The position numbers and the translations under genes are program-made. A model generated the notes under the pieces. The model made no database searches. It saw only the letters and a program-made list of their open reading frames with translations, and had not been told where the DNA came from. Source: Opitutales bacterium (lineage in GTDB: Bacteria > Verrucomicrobiota > Verrucomicrobiia > Opitutales > JABDGR01). From it: 30,719 nt of DNA. Positions 26,353 to 30,719 of the stretch are shown here, in pieces (position 1 is the stretch's first letter; the number at the start of each line of letters is the position of its first letter). Location: positions 1 through 30,719 of the forward strand of contig DATHOB010000272.1 in NCBI GenBank assembly GCA_035485355.1, in the 5' to 3' direction.

Positions 26353-28299
26353 CTAATTCTTAATCGCGCCAGCTTGAGAGTACTGGAAAATTATTTTTTG
26401 CAGACTGGCTTTTTGCGCGTCACTGAGGTTGGAGCCATTCACCGTGGCGGTGGCAGTGGCCGGGTCGCGTTTGGCCCATTCCTGTAGCACGTTGGCAAAA
26501 GCGGTGTTCTGGGCGGCGCTATTGGAGATGGTGGAGGCCCACGCGAAGGCCGTCGGCAAATCGTTTTTGCCTTCGACCGCGATGAGTTGCGTAATCGCGT
26601 TATCGCGGGTGGGGCTGGCGGGCATGGCGTCAATGGTCTGCGAGGCGGCTTGCGGATCCTGTTTGATCCAGTTGCCCAAGACGACATTGGTGGCGCTATT
26701 GACAATGCTGCCGGGAGGAAAATCGGCCAGGTGCGCCGCGGCGGCCGCGGCGTCCTGCGTGCTCCACGCGATGACAATGTTGGCCAGCGTTTTGGTTTGG
26801 ATGCCAGCATTGCCATCGTCGGGCGGCTGAGTGTTGCGGCTCCAAGTGGAATTCTCGGCGAGGTCCCACGCGGCCTGTGGGTCCACATTCGCGTAAGTGG
26901 AAAGGGCGGTGCGCATGGCATTGGCTTGGGCACCGGCCCCGGCGGATGGCAGGGCTTGCGCCCAGGCAAACGCCGCTTGCGGATCCGCCATGGCCCAATT
27001 TTGGGTGATGACATCGGTCATGCCGCGGAAGTTGGGGTCGGTGGGAATGGTGAGGACAAATGCGGCGGCACTGGGCGGATCCGTCTGCGACCACGCGCCG
27101 ACCACATTGCGAAACGCCTGGTTGCGGGCATCGGCGTCGGACTTGGGCAGCGATTGCACCCAGGCCAGCGCGCCTTGAATATCTTGTTGCGCCCACGCGG
27201 TCGCCAGGAGCGGAAGCGCGGTATCGCGCACGCTCGCGAGAGTCACTTGTGCGAGTGCAGCGGCAGCGGCGGCAGGGTTGGTGGCTCCCATTTGCGCGAT
27301 GACATCCGTCAATGCCTGATCGTGGACTTCACCGTTGGTGGTGCTATCGACCCAGGCGAGTGCGGCGGCGGGGTCATTCGCGGCCCAATTGGCGGCGAAG
27401 TTGACGACAAGCGCATTTTTGGCTGCGCCGTTGGGAACGGTGCCGAGATAGGTGATGCCGGCGGTCGGGTTTGACCGCGCAAGCGCGGTGAGCGCGGAGG
27501 AGAGCGCGTCCGTCCGCGAATTACCCACGGGTAAGCCAGCGGCCCAGGCGAGGGCGCCAGCCGGATCCGTTTGCGCCCAACCGGCAGCGAGTTGTTGCAG
27601 CGCCTGGTTGCGCGCAAGGCTGGGCGGCAAGGCTTGCGCTGCTGCTGCTGCTGCCGTCGGATTTTGCAAGGCCCAGGCGTGGAAAATCTCGCCAAAGGCA
27701 TCGAGGGATTGGCGGCCAGGCGGCAGGTGGCGCAAAGTGGCGAGCGCAGCAGCGGGGTCGGCGGCGGCCAGCCGTGCAAAGATGTCCCGATAAATTTCGT
27801 CGCGCAATTGCGGATCGTCCACCTGGCTGACGGCGGCCAAGGCGGCATTCGGGTCCTTGGCGGCCCAGGCATCGAACACGGTGGTGAGCGCCAGGGCCCG
27901 GCCATCAAAAACCGTGCGGCTATTGGCCCACGCAAGCGCGGCGGCGGGGTCGGCGGCGGTCCAGCGGGAGAGCAAAAGTTTTTGGGCAAACTCCACCACG
28001 TCGGATTTTGGCAATTGCTGGAGGGCGTCGAGCACGCCGCGCACATCGCCGGGGCGGAGGTGCTCCACGTAATCAAGCACCTGGCGCATGGTGTCGATAT
28101 CGTCTTTGCCACCGTGGCGGAGGAAGCTGGCGAGGTCGGTGATGCGCGCGGTGGCTACCGGGCTGGGCGCATGGTTGGCAGCAGGCAAAGCGGATGGTCC
28201 GCCGCGCAATTGGGTCAGCTGCCGATATTGGACGAGGATGGTGATAATCGCGCCGAGGCCGAATACCGCCGCCACGGTGCATTTGAGGTTTGCGCGCAT
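26353..28299 (-). CDS. Membrane-anchored alpha-helical (HEAT-like) repeat protein
   Basis: N-terminal hydrophobic anchor, then about 16 repeats of roughly 32 aa with consensus W(A)xxDPxAAxAWxxxLP. Confidence 0.8.
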   Translation of the reverse strand: MRANLKCTVAAVFGLGAIITILVQYRQLTQLRGGPSALPAANHAPSPVATARITDLASFLRHGGKDDIDTMRQVLDYVEHLRPGDVRGVLDALQQLPKSDVVEFAQKLLLSRWTAADPAAALAWANSRTVFDGRALALTTVFDAWAAKDPNAALAAVSQVDDPQLRDEIYRDIFARLAAADPAAALATLRHLPPGRQSLDAFGEIFHAWALQNPTAAAAAAQALPPSLARNQALQQLAAGWAQTDPAGALAWAAGLPVGNSRTDALSSALTALARSNPTAGITYLGTVPNGAAKNALVVNFAANWAANDPAAALAWVDSTTNGEVHDQALTDVIAQMGATNPAAAAAALAQVTLASVRDTALPLLATAWAQQDIQGALAWVQSLPKSDADARNQAFRNVVGAWSQTDPPSAAAFVLTIPTDPNFRGMTDVITQNWAMADPQAAFAWAQALPSAGAGAQANAMRTALSTYANVDPQAAWDLAENSTWSRNTQPPDDGNAGIQTKTLANIVIAWSTQDAAAAAAHLADFPPGSIVNSATNVVLGNWIKQDPQAASQTIDAMPASPTRDNAITQLIAVEGKNDLPTAFAWASTISNSAAQNTAFANVLQEWAKRDPATATATVNGSNLSDAQKASLQKIIFQYSQAGAIKN

Positions 28300-28395
28300 A
28301 GTCGGTCAATTAGCCACGGACAATCGGCGAGTCAAATTTTTAGGCAGTGGCGAAATTGAATTCCAGGGCGTCTGAATTCATTTCAGCCCGATGGA

Positions 28396-29667
28396 TTATT
28401 TCGCGGTGAATCGATATTCCGTAATACTGCTAAACGTTTCGCCGGGACGCAAAATGATGGAGGGAAAATTGTCGTGGTGGACGGCGTCTGGAAAATGTTG
28501 AGTTTCGAGGGTGAGGAAGCCGACGGCATTGCGGCCAGCGCCACGGCCACGCGCGGGGGCGGGAGTGGTTGCGGGTGGAGCGGACGCGGCAGAACTTGCG
28601 CTGACACTGGCACTCGCCGCCGAAGCAGCGGGGCTGGTGCTCGCTGGCGCGGGCGGGGGATTCAATTGGCTCGTGTAAAGTTGGAGGCCCGGTTCGTTTG
28701 TCCAGACTTCAACACTGCGGCCGGAGGTCGGCTCGGTAACGCGCGCGGCGAAAGTGAGCGCGGTGCCAGCGGCTTGGTCGCGGTTGAGCACGAAGCTCGC
28801 ATCATAATGGCGGGCGGCGCCGGCGCCGAGCTGGTCGGCGTGCGCGCCGAGCGCGGTGGGTTGGGTAAAATCGAACGGCGAGTCCTTCACGCTTTTGATT
28901 TCGCCGGTGGGGATGAGCGCGGCGTCGGCCACGGTGTAGCGGTCGGCGTTGATTTGCACCTGGTAGCTGTTGCTATCGCCGCGTCCGCCCGCGAGGTTGA
29001 AGTAAGCGTGATTGGTGAGGTTGAGCGGCGTGGGCTTGTCGGTCGTCGCGGAATAGGCAAGGCGCAGCGTGTTGTTCGCGGTGAGCGTGTACGTGAGGCT
29101 CACGGTAAGTGTGCCGGGGAAGCCTTCCTCGCCATCTTTACTGATGTAGGTGAGTTTCACATTTACGTCACCGTCCTTGTTTTCTCCATTGATGACGCCC
29201 GACCAGACAACTTTGTCGAAACCGACGAGACCGCCATGCAATGTGTTGGGGCCGTCGTTGGCTTTGAGGGTGTAGGTGTTGCCATCGAGCGTGAAGCTCG
29301 CGCCCGCGATGCGGTTGGCGACGCGGCCTTTTACGGAGGCCGATTGATTGAAGCGGGCGTAGTTGGCCAGCGGATTCGGGGCAAGCACGACGTTGGCGAG
29401 CTGGCCGTTGCGGTCGGGCATTTCCAAATCCACGATGGTCGCGCCGTAGGCGAGGATTTTGACGACCGCGCCATTTTTATTGGCCAGCGTGTAGAGCGCC
29501 GTGCCATCGGGCAACTGCGAGTATTCCGCTTTGGCGGCCTTGGCGGAAATTGCGGGCGTAGTTGCGACCGGAGCAGAGGCAGCCGCATCGGCAGCAAACA
29601 CATTCGCCAACGGCAGAACAAAACCAACGACGAGGCAAAACGCCTGGCGCAATTGGGGGGTATTCAT
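28396..29667 (-). CDS. galM: Secreted aldose 1-epimerase (galactose mutarotase family)
   Basis: GRVANRI, LHGG, NLTNHAYFNL, LETQHFPD; signal peptide from ATG 29667 (MNTPQLRQAFCLVVG). Confidence 0.88.
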   Translation of the reverse strand: MNTPQLRQAFCLVVGFVLPLANVFAADAAASAPVATTPAISAKAAKAEYSQLPDGTALYTLANKNGAVVKILAYGATIVDLEMPDRNGQLANVVLAPNPLANYARFNQSASVKGRVANRIAGASFTLDGNTYTLKANDGPNTLHGGLVGFDKVVWSGVINGENKDGDVNVKLTYISKDGEEGFPGTLTVSLTYTLTANNTLRLAYSATTDKPTPLNLTNHAYFNLAGGRGDSNSYQVQINADRYTVADAALIPTGEIKSVKDSPFDFTQPTALGAHADQLGAGAARHYDASFVLNRDQAAGTALTFAARVTEPTSGRSVEVWTNEPGLQLYTSQLNPPPAPASTSPAASAASASVSASSAASAPPATTPAPARGRGAGRNAVGFLTLETQHFPDAVHHDNFPSIILRPGETFSSITEYRFTAK

Positions 29668-29709
29668 GGTGGGGTCGGGGTAGATAATAATATTGGTTAC
29701 CAAACTTCA

Positions 29710-29787
29710 GCGGGCGCAGCAAGACTGCGCCCTTACAAAAATCACTTCGGCATTCCGGTTGTAGGGGCGCAGTCTTGCTGCGCCCGC
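29710..29787. repeat. Inverted pair of REP-like palindromes (BIME/REPIN-like)
   Basis: GCGGGCGCAGCAAGACTGCGCCCTTACAA (29710-29738) and TTGTAGGGGCGCAGTCTTGCTGCGCCCGC (29759-29787); 29-bp arms with 1 mismatch; each arm is itself a GGGCGCAG..CTGCGCCC hairpin. Confidence 0.9.
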
Positions 29788-29794
29788 TCCGGCA

Positions 29795-30719
29795 TTACAT
29801 CAGCAACGCTTCGGCGAATGCGGCTTCGATGTCGTCATAGGGTTCGAGGCCGACGGAGACACGGATGAGCGCGGGATCAAGGCCGACGGAGGCGAGTTTT
29901 TGACGGCCAGAGGGCGAGTTGACGAGGTCGTAGTGCGCCAGATACATGAACGGGCACAGCAGGGTGAAATTCACGCCGAAGCTCGGGCCTTTGATGACTT
30001 GGATGCGGTCGTAAAAGCGCGCGAGGTCGCCGCGTGGGACAAAACTGAAGACGCTGCCGTCGCGCCCGTGTTTGCGCGCAAGCTTGGAAAAATTGCCATG
30101 GGCCGGGGCGTCACCCGTCCAATGCACGGCGCGCACGCCGCGGTGCTTCGCCAAATATTTTGCGAGCCAGGCGGCGTTGGCCGTCGCTTTTTCGACAAGC
30201 GGTGCGTAGCCGTCAATCTGTGCGGCGAGGCGCGCGAGGTCGCGCGAGTAATGCGGCGCGAGGTTCGCGGAGACGGCGGGCTGCAGCGTCGCGCTCCAAG
30301 ATGAGGCAGGGTTGAACACGACCGCGCCGCCCATGACATCACCCTGGTTGCCCGCGAATTTTGTGAGGCTGTTGATGACGACATCGCAGTACGGCAGGAC
30401 GTTGACCACGCGCGGGCTGGCGAGTGTTGGGTCGGCGATGAGCACTGCGCCGTGCTTTTGGCAAAGCGCGTACAACGCCGGCAAATCTCCCGCGTGCAGG
30501 AGGGGATTCGTCGGAAACTCCGCGACGACCCCGGCGATTTGCGCGCCATGTTTTTGGAAGTACGCCGCGAGTCCCGCCAAGTCATAGACATCCGGCCAGA
30601 AATGGAAATGCTCATCGGGGCCGAGGAATTTTTGCAGAATCTCGGTGGTGTCCACATATTGCCAGCCGAGCTGGAGCCAGAGCCCGCGCTTGCGCGGAAG
30701 CTGCACTGCGCGCACGGCC
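29795..30719 (-). CDS. Cys/Met metabolism PLP-dependent enzyme (cystathionine gamma-synthase-like), 5' end beyond window
   Basis: EFPTNPLL, ADPTLAS, SLTKFAGNQGDVMGG (PLP lysine), LIRVSVGLE. Confidence 0.85.
   Translation of the reverse strand, partial: AVRAVQLPRKRGLWLQLGWQYVDTTEILQKFLGPDEHFHFWPDVYDLAGLAAYFQKHGAQIAGVVAEFPTNPLLHAGDLPALYALCQKHGAVLIADPTLASPRVVNVLPYCDVVINSLTKFAGNQGDVMGGAVVFNPASSWSATLQPAVSANLAPHYSRDLARLAAQIDGYAPLVEKATANAAWLAKYLAKHRGVRAVHWTGDAPAHGNFSKLARKHGRDGSVFSFVPRGDLARFYDRIQVIKGPSFGVNFTLLCPFMYLAHYDLVNSPSGRQKLASVGLDPALIRVSVGLEPYDDIEAAFAEALLM

Noticed and set aside
28352-28384. Hairpin GAAATTGAATTC / GAATTCATTTC after galM as a terminator
   Set aside because: AT-rich weak stem without a U-tract on the galM strand.
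1-30719. tRNA, rRNA, riboswitch, transposase or prophage genes
   Set aside because: None recognised by inspection; a covariance-model search was not possible.

Overview
GC-rich bacterial chromosomal window, probably Verrucomicrobiota (inferred from the PEP-CTERM protein, membrane-tethered ECF sigma fusions and alpha-helical repeat protein). Left to right: a peptide ABC transporter with a single fused OppB-OppC permease and an OppA lipoprotein; a CE12-type esterase; a YncE-like beta-propeller; a 127-aa kinase-fold gene plus PP2C phosphatase, divergent from a type II glutamine synthetase with two tandem sigma54-type sites; a PEP-CTERM protein; a RibD/DHFR-like protein; three ECF sigma-TM-sensor fusions; miaB; a wrbA/SnoaL/DUF2934/LysR/VOC block; cysC-cysD-cysN; a Tat-exported GH43 arabinanase; a helical repeat protein; a secreted aldose 1-epimerase; and a partial Cys/Met PLP enzyme. 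The main unexplained structure is a four-helix-bundle (IVS-type) gene between cysD and cysN. It is bracketed by two inverted arrays of octamer repeats that start at the cysD stop codon and end 3 nt before the cysN start; cargo-less or single-armed relatives occur elsewhere in the window. Several REP-like palindrome families are present, with no transposase. ORF track corrections: 10650..11447 is on the minus strand, and the track omits the permease ORF that runs off the left edge.
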